The notes beneath the pieces were generated by a model. That model searched no databases. It had not been told where the DNA came from and saw nothing but the letters and a program-made list of their open reading frames with translations. Source: Terriglobia bacterium (GTDB taxonomy: Bacteria > Acidobacteriota > Terriglobia > 20CM-2-55-15). Taken from it: DNA of 64,000 nt. Positions 39,640 through 49,785 of this stretch are shown one piece after another (positions within the stretch are counted from its first letter, which is position 1; each line of letters opens with the position of its first letter). Made by a program: the position numbers and the translations under genes. The stretch is from positions 32,001-96,000 of the forward strand of contig CAXWPJ010000004.1 of assembly GCA_963664115.2 (NCBI GenBank), in the 5' to 3' direction.

Positions 39640-40122
39640 ATGGAAGACATACTCCGCATCCTCGAAGAAGACGCGCGCGCGTCTTCCGAGCGGATCGCCA
39701 CGATGACCGGTCGTTCTGTGGACGAAGTCCGCCGTCTCATAAAAGAGGCAGAAGAAGATCGCAGGATTCTCTCCTATAAAACTCAAGTGGACTGGGACAA
39801 GGCCGGTGAGGGCCCTGTAGCGGCCTTGATCGAGGTGCGAATGACTCCCCAACGGGATGTTGGCTTCAATGCGCTGGCCACCCGCATCGCCCGGTTTCCT
39901 GAAGTGCGGTCCATGCACCTGGTCTCAGGGGATTATGATCTCCTGGTACAGGTTGTGGGCAAGAGCATCTACGAAATTTCGAATTTTGTCTCCAGCAAAC
40001 TGTCGGGAATGGACGCGGTCCAGGGAACGCACACGCACTTCATCCTGAAGCGATACAAAGAAGACGGGACCCTTATCGCGGGCGAAAACGGCGAGGACGG
40101 GCGTCTGCCCTTGTCGCTGTAG
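39640..40122 (+). CDS. Lrp/AsnC family transcriptional regulator
   Basis: ILRILEEDARAS HTH, LVSGDYDLLV RAM domain. Confidence 0.9.
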   Translation: MEDILRILEEDARASSERIATMTGRSVDEVRRLIKEAEEDRRILSYKTQVDWDKAGEGPVAALIEVRMTPQRDVGFNALATRIARFPEVRSMHLVSGDYDLLVQVVGKSIYEISNFVSSKLSGMDAVQGTHTHFILKRYKEDGTLIAGENGEDGRLPLSL

Positions 40123-40134
40123 AGAGCGTTAACG

Positions 40135-41352
40135 ATGGCCAAGCGACCCATACCGTTTTCTTCGAGAGGCAAACCCGGCAAGCCGCGTCGGAAACAAAGG
40201 ATTTCCCAAATCGTTCAGGACATTCCCGCCTCGGGTCTCCGACGCTTCTTCGATCTGATCGTCTCTACGGACGGCATTATCTCTCTCGGCGTGGGCGAGC
40301 CGGACTTTGTCACGCCCTGGCACGTGCGCGAAGCCGCTATCTATTCGGTAGAAGCCGGTCAGACCTACTACACGTCGAACCTGGGGACGATGGAACTCCG
40401 AAGCGAGGTTGCCGCTTACCTGGAGCGTTTGTACGGCCTGCGATACGATCCGGAGTGCGAAATTCTGATTACCGTGGGTGCGAGCGAAGCGATCGACCTC
40501 GTCATGCGCGCCACACTCAACCCCGGAGACGAAGTCGTCAGCGCAGACCCCGGTTACGTGGCGTATTCCCCTATCATCCAGCTAGCCGGCGGCGTGTCCC
40601 GGACGGTCCCGACGCGAGTGGAGGATGGGTTTTGCCTCCAGGGGGGAGACATCGCCGCACACCTCACCGATCGGAGCCGACTGCTTCTGCTGAACAATCC
40701 TTCAAATCCGACGGGAGCGTTGCTGGATCGGAAGACTCTCGAAGCCATCGCAGAGGTGGCCGAAGAGAACGATCTCCTCGTCGTCTCCGATGAGATTTAC
40801 GACAGGCTTGTATACGCCGAAGAACCTTTTGTACCCTTTGCTTCCCTAGCCGGAATGAACGATCGCACGATCACCGTTGGAGGCTTTTCCAAAGCGTTCG
40901 CGATGACGGGCTGGCGGCTCGGCTACGTGTGCGCACCCCCCGATCTCATAGCAGCCATGATGAAAATTCATCAGTACACACTGATGTGTGCGCCAACCTC
41001 TGCTCAGGCCGCTGCTGTAGAGGCCTTGCGCCACGGCGAACCGGATGTACAGCAAATGCTCGAAGCCTACGGCCAACGCCGCAAGTTGCTGCTCGACGGC
41101 CTGGAAAAGATAGGCCTTGAGCCGAATGAACCACAGGGCGCTTTCTATGCCTTCCCGTCCATCCGTTCTACGGGCTTGACGTCGGAAGAGTTTGCCGAAC
41201 AGCTTCTGATCGAAAACCAGGTGGCTGTCGTGCCTGGCAATGCATTCGGCCCGTCCGGCGAAGGCTTCGTCCGTTGTTGCTATGCTGTCAGCGTCGCAGA
41301 CATCGAAGAGGCACTCGAACGTATGGGTCGTTTCGTCAGCCGTCACAGCTAG
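40135..41352 (+). CDS. PLP-dependent aminotransferase class I/II
   Basis: SLGVGEPDF, NNPSNPTG, SDEIY, GFSKAFAMTGWRLG. Confidence 0.92.
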   Translation: MAKRPIPFSSRGKPGKPRRKQRISQIVQDIPASGLRRFFDLIVSTDGIISLGVGEPDFVTPWHVREAAIYSVEAGQTYYTSNLGTMELRSEVAAYLERLYGLRYDPECEILITVGASEAIDLVMRATLNPGDEVVSADPGYVAYSPIIQLAGGVSRTVPTRVEDGFCLQGGDIAAHLTDRSRLLLLNNPSNPTGALLDRKTLEAIAEVAEENDLLVVSDEIYDRLVYAEEPFVPFASLAGMNDRTITVGGFSKAFAMTGWRLGYVCAPPDLIAAMMKIHQYTLMCAPTSAQAAAVEALRHGEPDVQQMLEAYGQRRKLLLDGLEKIGLEPNEPQGAFYAFPSIRSTGLTSEEFAEQLLIENQVAVVPGNAFGPSGEGFVRCCYAVSVADIEEALERMGRFVSRHS

Positions 41353-41364
41353 TACGCCTAACCA

Positions 41365-41709
41365 ATGTCTGCAGGCAACACACCCACACAGCCATCAATG
41401 CTGGCGAACTTGGTCGAGTATCAGGATGGTTCCGTCGTCAGCCGAACGCTCATCAAACAACCCGACGGCTCGGTCACCGTTTTCGCCTTCGATGAGGGAC
41501 AGGAGTTGAGTGAACACAAAGTTCCTTACGACGCCTTCGTGTACCTGGTTGTTGGAAAGGCTCGGATCACTCTTTCAGGCATACCACATGAACTGGGCGT
41601 CGGAGACGCCCTTGTCATGCCAGCGCGCACACCGCACGCCGTTGTCGCCCTGACACAATTCAAAATGGTGCTCGCAATGGTACGGGCGGATGAGGATCCT
41701 CGAAAGTGA
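41365..41709 (+). CDS. Cupin domain protein
   Basis: VVSRTL, FAFDEGQELSEH, MPARTPHAV. Confidence 0.85.
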   Translation: MSAGNTPTQPSMLANLVEYQDGSVVSRTLIKQPDGSVTVFAFDEGQELSEHKVPYDAFVYLVVGKARITLSGIPHELGVGDALVMPARTPHAVVALTQFKMVLAMVRADEDPRK

Positions 41710-42242
41710 ATCACCCGACCACCGCGGAACTGGAGAGCAAACTCGCCTGGCTCAGCGAATGCCCAAAAGATGGTGGAAAGATTACCGGAATCGTTATCCG
41801 GCCACGAACGAACGAGCGGGTCTTGCTCAGCGAGTGCGAAGTCAGCCCCAAACTTGGAGTGCATGGAGACAACTGGGCGAGCCGGAGTCATGACGAAAAT
41901 TCCAACTCAGCAACTCAAATTACGATCATGAACACGCGTATGATCGAATTGCTTGCCGATGAAAAGGAACGCCAGGCCCTGGCGGGAGATCAGTTCTTTG
42001 CAGACATGGACCTCAGCAAAACGAATCTCAAGGTCGGCCAACAATTACGTGTGGGCACGGCCACCCTCGAGATCATGTCCAAACCTCACCGCGGATGCTT
42101 GAAATTCTCGAAGCGATTCGGTGCAGACGCTTTGAGGTTTGTCAATTCCGAGGCAGGCATCGGAATGCGACTGCGCGGCCTATACGCACGAGTCATCTCA
42201 TCCGGATCGGTCGAGGTTGGGAGCGCGCTAGAAAAGATCTGA
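41706..42242 (+). CDS. MOSC domain protein
   Basis: GVHGD, LRVGTATLE, PHRGCLKF, LRGLYARVISSG. Confidence 0.85.
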   Translation: MNHPTTAELESKLAWLSECPKDGGKITGIVIRPRTNERVLLSECEVSPKLGVHGDNWASRSHDENSNSATQITIMNTRMIELLADEKERQALAGDQFFADMDLSKTNLKVGQQLRVGTATLEIMSKPHRGCLKFSKRFGADALRFVNSEAGIGMRLRGLYARVISSGSVEVGSALEKI

Positions 42243-42334
42243 TCCTGAAGAGAATCCGAAAGCAGAATGACTGACGAAAACATAAGCACATGCGCTCAAG
42301 GGATCCGGAGCGCCAAGACAAGCGGAGTCTAAAG

Positions 42335-44173
42335 ATGTCTCAACTACTACACCGGAAGCTTCGAAGATTTCTGACTAAAGAATCACTCGGATTAGGCGTG
42401 GTCCTCGGTTGCATTGGCCTCGTCTCGGTCCAGCCCACTCAGGGTGCTGGTTCTCAGGCCTCGCCCGCTCCCGCTTTCTCCGGCGACCGGTTAATCGAGC
42501 TACCCACAGAGGACTGGGTCACGAACGGAGGCAACGTCTACAACCAACGGTACTCACCCCTCGATCAGATCAACCGCGACACCGTAAGCGAACTGAAGGG
42601 CGTCTCACGCACGCGGCTCGGTGGATCCGGCGTGGGCGCCAAGTACTCCGGCGAGGCCCAACCGCTCGTGTACGACGGTGTGGTCTATGTCGTGACCGGC
42701 GCCAATGACGTGTTTGCCATTTCCGTGGACACCGGCGACCTGTTGTGGAACTACGCAGCCAACCTGGACCAGACCATCGATACCATCTGTTGCGGCTGGA
42801 CCAGCCGCGGCCTGGGCCTGGGCGAAGGGAAAGTCTTTGTCGGCCAGTTGGACGGCAAACTGGTGGCACTGGACCAAAGCACGGGCGCGGTCCTCTGGTC
42901 GACGCAGGCGGAACGCTGGGAAGAGGGGTTCAGCATCACCAGCGCGCCACTCTACTACGATGGACTGGTGATTACGGGTTTCGCGGGTGCGGAGTACGGC
43001 GTTCGCGGGCGGGTGAAAGCCTACGATGTAGCGGATGGCTCCCTCGTTTGGACGTTCTATACCGTTCCGGGTCCCGGTGAGTTCGGGCACGACACCTGGC
43101 CCGCCAACAGTGACGTCTATCTTTACGGTGGCGCGACGGTCTGGCAGACACCGGCCGTTGACCCGGCACTCGACCTGATCTACTTCTCGACGGGCAACCC
43201 AGGCCCGGACTTCAACGGCAGCATACGGCCAGGCGACAACCTGTTCGCGACCTCCATCGTCGCGGTCGATGCAAGATCGGGTGAGTACCGCTGGCATTTC
43301 CAGCAAGTCCACCATGACATCTGGGATTACGATGCCCCGAATCCGGTCGTGCTTTTCGATCTCGAGATCAACGGTGAGATGAGGCAAGCGTTGGCAGAGG
43401 CCAGCAAGACGGGCTGGGTCTACATCCTGGACCGTGAGACCGGTGAGCCTCTGATCGGCATCGAAGAGCGTCCGGTGCCACAGGAGCCCCGGCAAGCCAC
43501 CTCAGCGACCCAACCTTACCCGATCGGGGATGCCTTCGTTCCGCAGCAGGTTGATATCGCACCGGAAGGCTATCCCCCGCTCGTGAATCAGGGACGCATA
43601 TTCACACCCTTCTTCGACGACGGGGTTGTCGTCAAGCCGAGTCATAGCGGCGGCGCCAACTGGGCAGGCAGTGCCTACGATCCCGAGACGGGCTATCTCT
43701 ACATCTGTGCAACCGACCGCATGTCGTTCTTCAGTGGTGGGACCACCGATAACGAGCTGCCTCCCGTGCAAGGCGAACAATTTGTGGGTGGGGAGTTCGG
43801 GTCTATTCCTTACCATGTTTCCGGCGTGTTCGCTGCCATGGACATGCACACCAACACGATCGTCTGGCAACAACGGTTGCGGGACCGCTGCTACAGTGGA
43901 TCACTGGCTACGGCAGGAGGATTGATCTTCCTCGGTCGCAACGATGGTCGCTTGACCGCGCTGGACTCGAGCGACGGATCGTTGCTCTGGGAGTTCCAGA
44001 CGGGCGCCGGAATGAATTCGTCGGTGAGCAGCTTCGAATATGAAGGGCAACAGTATGTCGTTGCGTATTCCGCGGGTAACAATTTCGCACGATCCACTCG
44101 AGGCGACAGTGTCTGGCTTTTTTCGTTGAGCGGTTCCATGGAGGAAGTAGCCGCGGCAAGCTCAGGGCCATAG
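42335..44173 (+). CDS. PQQ-dependent dehydrogenase (alcohol dehydrogenase-like)
   Basis: Signal-like N-terminus, QRYSPLDQIN, vicinal CCG, GAEYGVRG, HHDIWDYD, Trp-docking propeller repeats. Confidence 0.88.
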   Translation: MSQLLHRKLRRFLTKESLGLGVVLGCIGLVSVQPTQGAGSQASPAPAFSGDRLIELPTEDWVTNGGNVYNQRYSPLDQINRDTVSELKGVSRTRLGGSGVGAKYSGEAQPLVYDGVVYVVTGANDVFAISVDTGDLLWNYAANLDQTIDTICCGWTSRGLGLGEGKVFVGQLDGKLVALDQSTGAVLWSTQAERWEEGFSITSAPLYYDGLVITGFAGAEYGVRGRVKAYDVADGSLVWTFYTVPGPGEFGHDTWPANSDVYLYGGATVWQTPAVDPALDLIYFSTGNPGPDFNGSIRPGDNLFATSIVAVDARSGEYRWHFQQVHHDIWDYDAPNPVVLFDLEINGEMRQALAEASKTGWVYILDRETGEPLIGIEERPVPQEPRQATSATQPYPIGDAFVPQQVDIAPEGYPPLVNQGRIFTPFFDDGVVVKPSHSGGANWAGSAYDPETGYLYICATDRMSFFSGGTTDNELPPVQGEQFVGGEFGSIPYHVSGVFAAMDMHTNTIVWQQRLRDRCYSGSLATAGGLIFLGRNDGRLTALDSSDGSLLWEFQTGAGMNSSVSSFEYEGQQYVVAYSAGNNFARSTRGDSVWLFSLSGSMEEVAAASSGP

Positions 44174-44256
44174 GCAGCCCGTGGCACAAGTCTTGAGGGC
44201 CAGGTCACATCCACACTTTTTAGACGGATCTGACTCGATTCAAAAGGAGCTTCTTA

Positions 44257-47121
44257 ATGAGATACCCAATCCGCATCGCTATCCTCTTTTGCCTGCTGGC
44301 AACGCATCCACTGGCATTCCCAACATCCGGGCTCATCGCTCAGGAAGCGACGCTTGGGAGGGCGAACCCCGAAGATGCGCTGACAGTTCCTCTGGATCAA
44401 CCCGCTCCGATCAGCCCAGCCGTCAGGACTGGAGAATTCGCCAACGGCCTGCGCTACTTCATTCGTGAAAACCAGGAACCGGAAAACCGGGCGGAATTGC
44501 GACTTGTAGTCAACGCGGGATCGATCCTTGAAGACGACGACCAACTCGGACTGGCGCATTTTCTGGAACACATGGCCTTCAACGGAACCGACAACTTCGA
44601 AAAGCAGGAATTGATCGGTTTCATGGAATCCATCGGCATGCGCTTGGGCCCGGGCGTCAACGCCTCCACCTCTTTCGATGAAACGAACTACCAACTGGAA
44701 CTGCCGACCGACAATCCCGTGTACATGGAAACGGCTTTCCAGATTCTGGAAGATTGGGCGCACGGTCTGACACTCGACCCCGAAGAGATCGACATGGAGC
44801 GCGGAGTCGTCATTGAGGAATGGCGGCTGGGTCAAGGCGCCGGCTCACGTTTACGCGACCTCCAATTTCCGGTCATCTTTAATGGATCGCGTTACGCGGA
44901 ACGCCTTCCGATCGGCACACTGGAAAGTCTGGAAAACTTCGACCACGAGGCCTTGGGTCGCTTCTACCGGGACTGGTATCGGCCCGATCTGATGGCTGTC
45001 ATTGCGGTTGGCGACTTCGACGCATCCGAGATCGAGGCGCTGACGCGTCAACATTTTGAAGATCTGCGAAACCCGCCGAACTCTCGAGAGCGTCCCACAT
45101 ACGGTGTTCCAGACCATGCTGAGACGCTGTTTTCGATCGCGACGGACCCGGAAATGCCTCGGACGAGCGTCCAAGTCTATCACAAGATGCCGCCGGCAAC
45201 CGATTGGACAATTGGCGGCTACAGGCAGCGGATTGTGGAACGGCTCTACAACAGCATGCTCAACAATCGCTTTGCGGAGATCGCCAGGCAACCCAATCCA
45301 CCGTTTGTGCGGGGATCATCAAACCAGGGCCAGTTGATTCGCCCGGTGGGCGCGTATTTCTTGAGCGCTTCGGTTCTTGAGAACAGTATCGAAAGAGGTT
45401 TGGAGTCGCTGTTCACAGAAGCGGAACGTGTCGCGCGATTCGGATTCACCGAGTCTGAACTTGAAAGACAAAAGACAAACCTTCTGCGTGGAATGGAGCG
45501 CAGCTATACGAATCGGGACAACCGCGATTCTGGAGCCTTCGCACGCGAGTACACCCGAGCCTTCCTCAGCGGCGAGTCAATTCCCGGCATCGAATACGAA
45601 TACCAACTGCACCAGCGCTTCATCCCCGAAATTGCTATCGATGAAGTCAACGGGATCGGTCAAGATTGGATCCGCGACGCCAACCGCGTTGTTGTTGTTT
45701 CAGGTCCAGAGAAAGAAGGCTTGGCGATGCCAAGTGAAGCAGCTCTGACGGCTGTCCTCACTGCAGTTGGTGATCTTGAGATCACCGCCTATGTGGACAC
45801 TGTCAGCGACGCGCCCCTACTGGCTACAGTCCCCGAAGGATCGGAGATCGTCGCTACGCGCATGATCGAAGGGGGCATTACCGAGTGGGATCTTGCCAAC
45901 GGCGTGCGCGTCGCCCTGAAGCCGACAGACTTCGACGAAGACCAGATCGTGTTCCGCGGTTCGAGCCCGGGAGGAACGTCGCTGGCCAGTGAAGCTGACT
46001 ATATCCCCGCAAGCACAGCGACAACACTGATCTCGAACGGTGGAGTTGGAGAATTCAACGCAATCGATTTACAGAAGGTGCTCACGGGCAAGCTCGCGAA
46101 CGTTCGCCCGTTCATCTCCAGCTACGACGAGGGTGTCAGTGGCAACGCGTCCACCACGGACCTGGAAACGATGTTCCAGTTGATCTACTTGCGGTTCACT
46201 GCGCCGCGTGCTGATGACACCCTGTATGAACTGTGGGAAGCCCAGACGCGGCAAGCCCTCGCGAATCGAGACTCGAATCCGGCAACGGCGTTCAGCGATG
46301 CCTACAACCGCATCATCACACAAGACCATCCACGGTATCGCCCACCAACGGTTGCAATACTTGATGACACGGACTTATACCAATCACTGTCCTTCTATGA
46401 GGACCGCTTCTCCGACGCCAGCGATTACACTTTCGTCTTCGTCGGCAACATCGATTTTGACGTCATGCGGCCGCTGGTGGAACGCTATCTGGGAGCTCTG
46501 CCCTCGACAGGCCGGAGCGAAACTTGGCGGGATCTCGGTCTGAGGGCGCCAACTGGCGTCTTCGCCGAAACCGTGTACGGGGGTATCGAACCCCGAAGCC
46601 AGACGCGTATCGCATTCACCGGCCCTTTCAATTACGAAGACCAGGCTGAACGGACCGGAATTCGGGCGATGGCGATGGTACTGGAGACACGCCTGAGAGA
46701 TCGCATGAGGGAAGAACTCGGTGGCACCTACAGCATCAACGTTAGAGCCAATATGACCTGGCAACCTGTTGAAAGCTACACGTTCACCATTACGTTCGGG
46801 TCCGACCCGGAACGCACGGATGAGCTTGTCCAGGCCGTTTTCGACGGAATCGAAGATCTCAAGAGTGCCCCGCCCGACGATGATCTGGTTTCTGATGTCC
46901 GTCAAGCCCTGCTCCGGTCATTTGAAACCGGATTTCAGGAAAACAGGACTCTGCTGGGTCAGCTCGTCAGCGACTATCAACGGGACGCTGACCCGGGCGC
47001 CAGCATCCGCTCATATCCCGCGTCTGCAGAAGCCCTTACGCCCGTTTCAATTCAGGAAGACGCGCAGCAATACCTGAACCTGGAAAACAGGATTCGCGTC
47101 ACCCTGATGCCTGAACCCTAG
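44257..47121 (+). CDS. M16 (insulinase/PqqL-like) zinc protease, secreted
   Basis: GLAHFLEHMAFNG (HxxEH), NASTSFDETNY, ERGVVIEE; 954 aa. Confidence 0.92.
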   Translation: MRYPIRIAILFCLLATHPLAFPTSGLIAQEATLGRANPEDALTVPLDQPAPISPAVRTGEFANGLRYFIRENQEPENRAELRLVVNAGSILEDDDQLGLAHFLEHMAFNGTDNFEKQELIGFMESIGMRLGPGVNASTSFDETNYQLELPTDNPVYMETAFQILEDWAHGLTLDPEEIDMERGVVIEEWRLGQGAGSRLRDLQFPVIFNGSRYAERLPIGTLESLENFDHEALGRFYRDWYRPDLMAVIAVGDFDASEIEALTRQHFEDLRNPPNSRERPTYGVPDHAETLFSIATDPEMPRTSVQVYHKMPPATDWTIGGYRQRIVERLYNSMLNNRFAEIARQPNPPFVRGSSNQGQLIRPVGAYFLSASVLENSIERGLESLFTEAERVARFGFTESELERQKTNLLRGMERSYTNRDNRDSGAFAREYTRAFLSGESIPGIEYEYQLHQRFIPEIAIDEVNGIGQDWIRDANRVVVVSGPEKEGLAMPSEAALTAVLTAVGDLEITAYVDTVSDAPLLATVPEGSEIVATRMIEGGITEWDLANGVRVALKPTDFDEDQIVFRGSSPGGTSLASEADYIPASTATTLISNGGVGEFNAIDLQKVLTGKLANVRPFISSYDEGVSGNASTTDLETMFQLIYLRFTAPRADDTLYELWEAQTRQALANRDSNPATAFSDAYNRIITQDHPRYRPPTVAILDDTDLYQSLSFYEDRFSDASDYTFVFVGNIDFDVMRPLVERYLGALPSTGRSETWRDLGLRAPTGVFAETVYGGIEPRSQTRIAFTGPFNYEDQAERTGIRAMAMVLETRLRDRMREELGGTYSINVRANMTWQPVESYTFTITFGSDPERTDELVQAVFDGIEDLKSAPPDDDLVSDVRQALLRSFETGFQENRTLLGQLVSDYQRDADPGASIRSYPASAEALTPVSIQEDAQQYLNLENRIRVTLMPEP

Positions 47122-47172
47122 CAGCCAGCCTGGCTGGATCCAACGGACGCGTATACGAAACAGAGCTGCGGT

Positions 47173-47201
47173 TTGACACCTTCTTTGGGTGGGGGTAGGA
47201 T
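47173..47201 (+). promoter_or_regulatory. sigma70-like promoter
   Basis: TTGACA-N17-TAGGAT upstream of an AAGGAG RBS. Confidence 0.5.
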
Positions 47202-47241
47202 ACCCGTAAATTTCTGAACCTATTGATCCAAGGAGAACCCG

Positions 47242-48294
47242 ATGAAACGAATCTTTATTTGTCTCTGCATTGTGCCGCTTGCGCTGACTTTGTCTGCTTG
47301 CGCACCCATGGCCGAACCAGAACCGGAAGCGGAAGCGGAAGCGGAGGCCCCGGCTCCGGCCGAGCCAGACGGACCGGCTCGAAGCATCGTTAATATTACG
47401 GGAGATCTGTATCGAGCACAGAACAACAACCACCACACGGTGTTCCTGGTCACCGAAGAAGGCATCATCATGTCGGACCCGATCAACCGGGACTTCGCGA
47501 CATATCTCAAGGCAGAAATTGAAGAGCGCTTTGCTCAGCCTGTCCGTTACGTGCTCTACAGTCACACGGATTGGGACCATGCTTCCGGCGGAGAAGTCTT
47601 TGCTGACACGGCAGAGTTCATCGGTCACGAGAACATGACCGACGCGCTGGCCGCGCCAGCCGAGATGGATCTCCCGGCGAACGTCGCAGAACTCGATGCC
47701 AATGGAAACGGAGAGATCGAACCGTCCGAGGCCACCGGCAACTTCCAGAACAATTTCGCACTGTTTGACGCCGATGAAAATGGCATGTTGAGCGGTGGGG
47801 AAATCGCGCGGGGTCCGGTCGGCGACGTTTATCCACCGACAGATACATATTCGGACAGCCGGACCGTAACACTCGGAGGCAAGAGTGTTGAGATGATTCA
47901 TCCGGGCACGGCTCATTCCGCCAACATGTCGGTGCTGCACTTCCCCGAAGAGAGCGCCGTTTTTGTCGTCGACTTCATTAGCCTGGGACGGCTTCCGTTC
48001 CAGACAATGGGCGGCTACGATCACGAACTGTGGACAGGTGAAATGAGCGCAGTCGAAGCACTCGGCGCCGAGTTTGTCATCCCCGCTCACGGTGTTGTGG
48101 GTTCAACGGACGATCTCGCCGAGTATCGGCAGTATCATGTCGATCTATACGACGCTGTTGCCGAGGGAATGGCGGCCGGTTCGTCTTTGGAAGAGATGCA
48201 GGCATCCATAACGATGGAAGCCTATTCGGATTGGGCCAATTATGAGCAATGGCTGCCCCTGAATATCGAGGGCATGTACAACTCGATGAATTAG
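47242..48294 (+). CDS. MBL-fold hydrolase lipoprotein with an EF-hand-like insert
   Basis: Lipobox LSAC, EP/EA linker, YSHTDWDH, DANGNGEIEPSE and DADENGMLSGGE loops, IPAHG. Confidence 0.85.
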   Translation: MKRIFICLCIVPLALTLSACAPMAEPEPEAEAEAEAPAPAEPDGPARSIVNITGDLYRAQNNNHHTVFLVTEEGIIMSDPINRDFATYLKAEIEERFAQPVRYVLYSHTDWDHASGGEVFADTAEFIGHENMTDALAAPAEMDLPANVAELDANGNGEIEPSEATGNFQNNFALFDADENGMLSGGEIARGPVGDVYPPTDTYSDSRTVTLGGKSVEMIHPGTAHSANMSVLHFPEESAVFVVDFISLGRLPFQTMGGYDHELWTGEMSAVEALGAEFVIPAHGVVGSTDDLAEYRQYHVDLYDAVAEGMAAGSSLEEMQASITMEAYSDWANYEQWLPLNIEGMYNSMN

Positions 48295-48303
48295 TAGGTA
48301 CCA

Positions 48304-48379
48304 AAAGGGGACGCACACTTCAATTTTTGAACGACCTAACGAGTGAGATCTGCTGAATTCTGAAGTGTGCGTCCCCTTT
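48304..48379. repeat. REP/REPIN-like palindromic element, copy C
   Basis: Perfect 19-bp inverted arms AAAGGGGACGCACACTTCA / TGAAGTGTGCGTCCCCTTT around a 38-nt spacer. Confidence 0.8.
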
Positions 48380-48401
48380 ATCGTTTCCTGGAGGCATACC
48401 A

Positions 48402-49733
48402 GTGGTTGAGTCGAGGCCGAATCCACTCAGGATGGCTGGGTTCGCGCTTCCCGCCATGCCGCTCAACGCGACCCTGACGGCACTGTTCGTCTTCCTTCCT
48501 CCTCTCTATGCCGAATTCCGAGGATTGGGCGCCGCCGCTGTGGGCGGCGTCTTTCTTGTCGCAAAGCTCTTTGACACGGTGACCGATCCGATCTTCGGAC
48601 TTGCGGCCGATCGATTGGAAACCCGATGGGGCCGACGACGGCCATGGCTCGTATTATCGGTGCCCATTCTGATGTTGTCGCTCTACCGACTCTACCTGCC
48701 TCCGGAAACGGCGGGCTACGTCTACTTCGCGGGCTGGTTGATCATCATGTACGTCGGGTGGACACTTTCCACGGTAAGCCACACGGCCTGGGCGCTGGAG
48801 CTTTCGGGCGACTACGACCGCAGGTCGCGAATCACCGCGATGCTGCAACTGGCGATCATCGCTGGTGCGGTTGTGGTCAGCCTTATCCCGGCCGCGATGG
48901 AGCGTATGGGCGCTCCCAGCTATGAAGAACGAACGGCTGCGATCGGTCTTTTTCTAGTCTTCAGCCTTCCAGTAGCAGTGCTGATCTGTCTGATGAGTAT
49001 CAGCGAACCACCCTTCAAGCGGCAGCCGGCCATAAGTTGGAAAAGTATTGCCATCGTTCTTAGGACTGCAGCGCTGTTCCGACTGATGATCGCCAACGCG
49101 CTGCTCACTTTTTCGACTTATTTTGTGCAAGGACTCTTCGTATTCTTTGTATCTTTCACCTTGGGACTGGAAGACCAGGTGGGTTCCATTCTCCTCTTTC
49201 TAATCGTGGGAGGTCTCCTGTGTCTACCTCTGTGGGTCAAGCTCTCAGAGGTGTGGAGCAAACATAAGACCGTACAGGTGGCGGTCATGTTCGGCGCTCT
49301 GGCTCCGATTCTTCTTTTGATTCTTCCTCCCGGGCAGTTGGTGATGACCGCGCTTGTCTTCCTGCTGATCGGGGTCAACACCTCGGCAAACGAGTTCCTG
49401 CCACGCTCCATGATGGCGGACGTATCTGATGAAGACAGCGTTAATACCGGTTCCGATCGGATGGGGCTCTACTATGCACTGCTTCAGTTTTCCAGCAAGG
49501 CCGCTTCCGGCTTAGCTGTTTTTATCGGGTTTACGTTTCTCGCCATCTTCGGGTTCGACCCTGCGCTCGGAGCCGAAAACAGCGCGGAGGCGCTCCAACG
49601 CATTCGTTACCTGATCGTAACGTTGCCCATGGCTGCCTATGCCGTGGTGATTTTCCTGATGTGGAGATACCCCATTACACGGGAACGTCAGCAGGAACTG
49701 CGTCGGATCATTGAGGAAAGACCGGCTCAGTAA
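48402..49733 (+). CDS. MFS transporter (GPH/MelB-like)
   Basis: FDTVTDPIFG, TRWGRRRPW, MMADVSDED, many hydrophobic segments. Confidence 0.88.
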   Translation: MVESRPNPLRMAGFALPAMPLNATLTALFVFLPPLYAEFRGLGAAAVGGVFLVAKLFDTVTDPIFGLAADRLETRWGRRRPWLVLSVPILMLSLYRLYLPPETAGYVYFAGWLIIMYVGWTLSTVSHTAWALELSGDYDRRSRITAMLQLAIIAGAVVVSLIPAAMERMGAPSYEERTAAIGLFLVFSLPVAVLICLMSISEPPFKRQPAISWKSIAIVLRTAALFRLMIANALLTFSTYFVQGLFVFFVSFTLGLEDQVGSILLFLIVGGLLCLPLWVKLSEVWSKHKTVQVAVMFGALAPILLLILPPGQLVMTALVFLLIGVNTSANEFLPRSMMADVSDEDSVNTGSDRMGLYYALLQFSSKAASGLAVFIGFTFLAIFGFDPALGAENSAEALQRIRYLIVTLPMAAYAVVIFLMWRYPITRERQQELRRIIEERPAQ

Positions 49734-49785
49734 CTGGGGCGCTGCCCGAGGGTGAGACGAGACAGAACGAGGCGAAAGAGAAAAC

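Noticed and set aside
44203-44235. GGTCACATCC...GGATCTGACT imperfect palindrome
   Set aside because: Weak, single copy, and does not match the GGGGACG(G/C)ACACTTC family.
47314-47370. Short tandem repeats GAACCA/GAAGCG
   Set aside because: They encode the EPEPEAEAEAEA linker of a lipoprotein and are not a DNA-level array.
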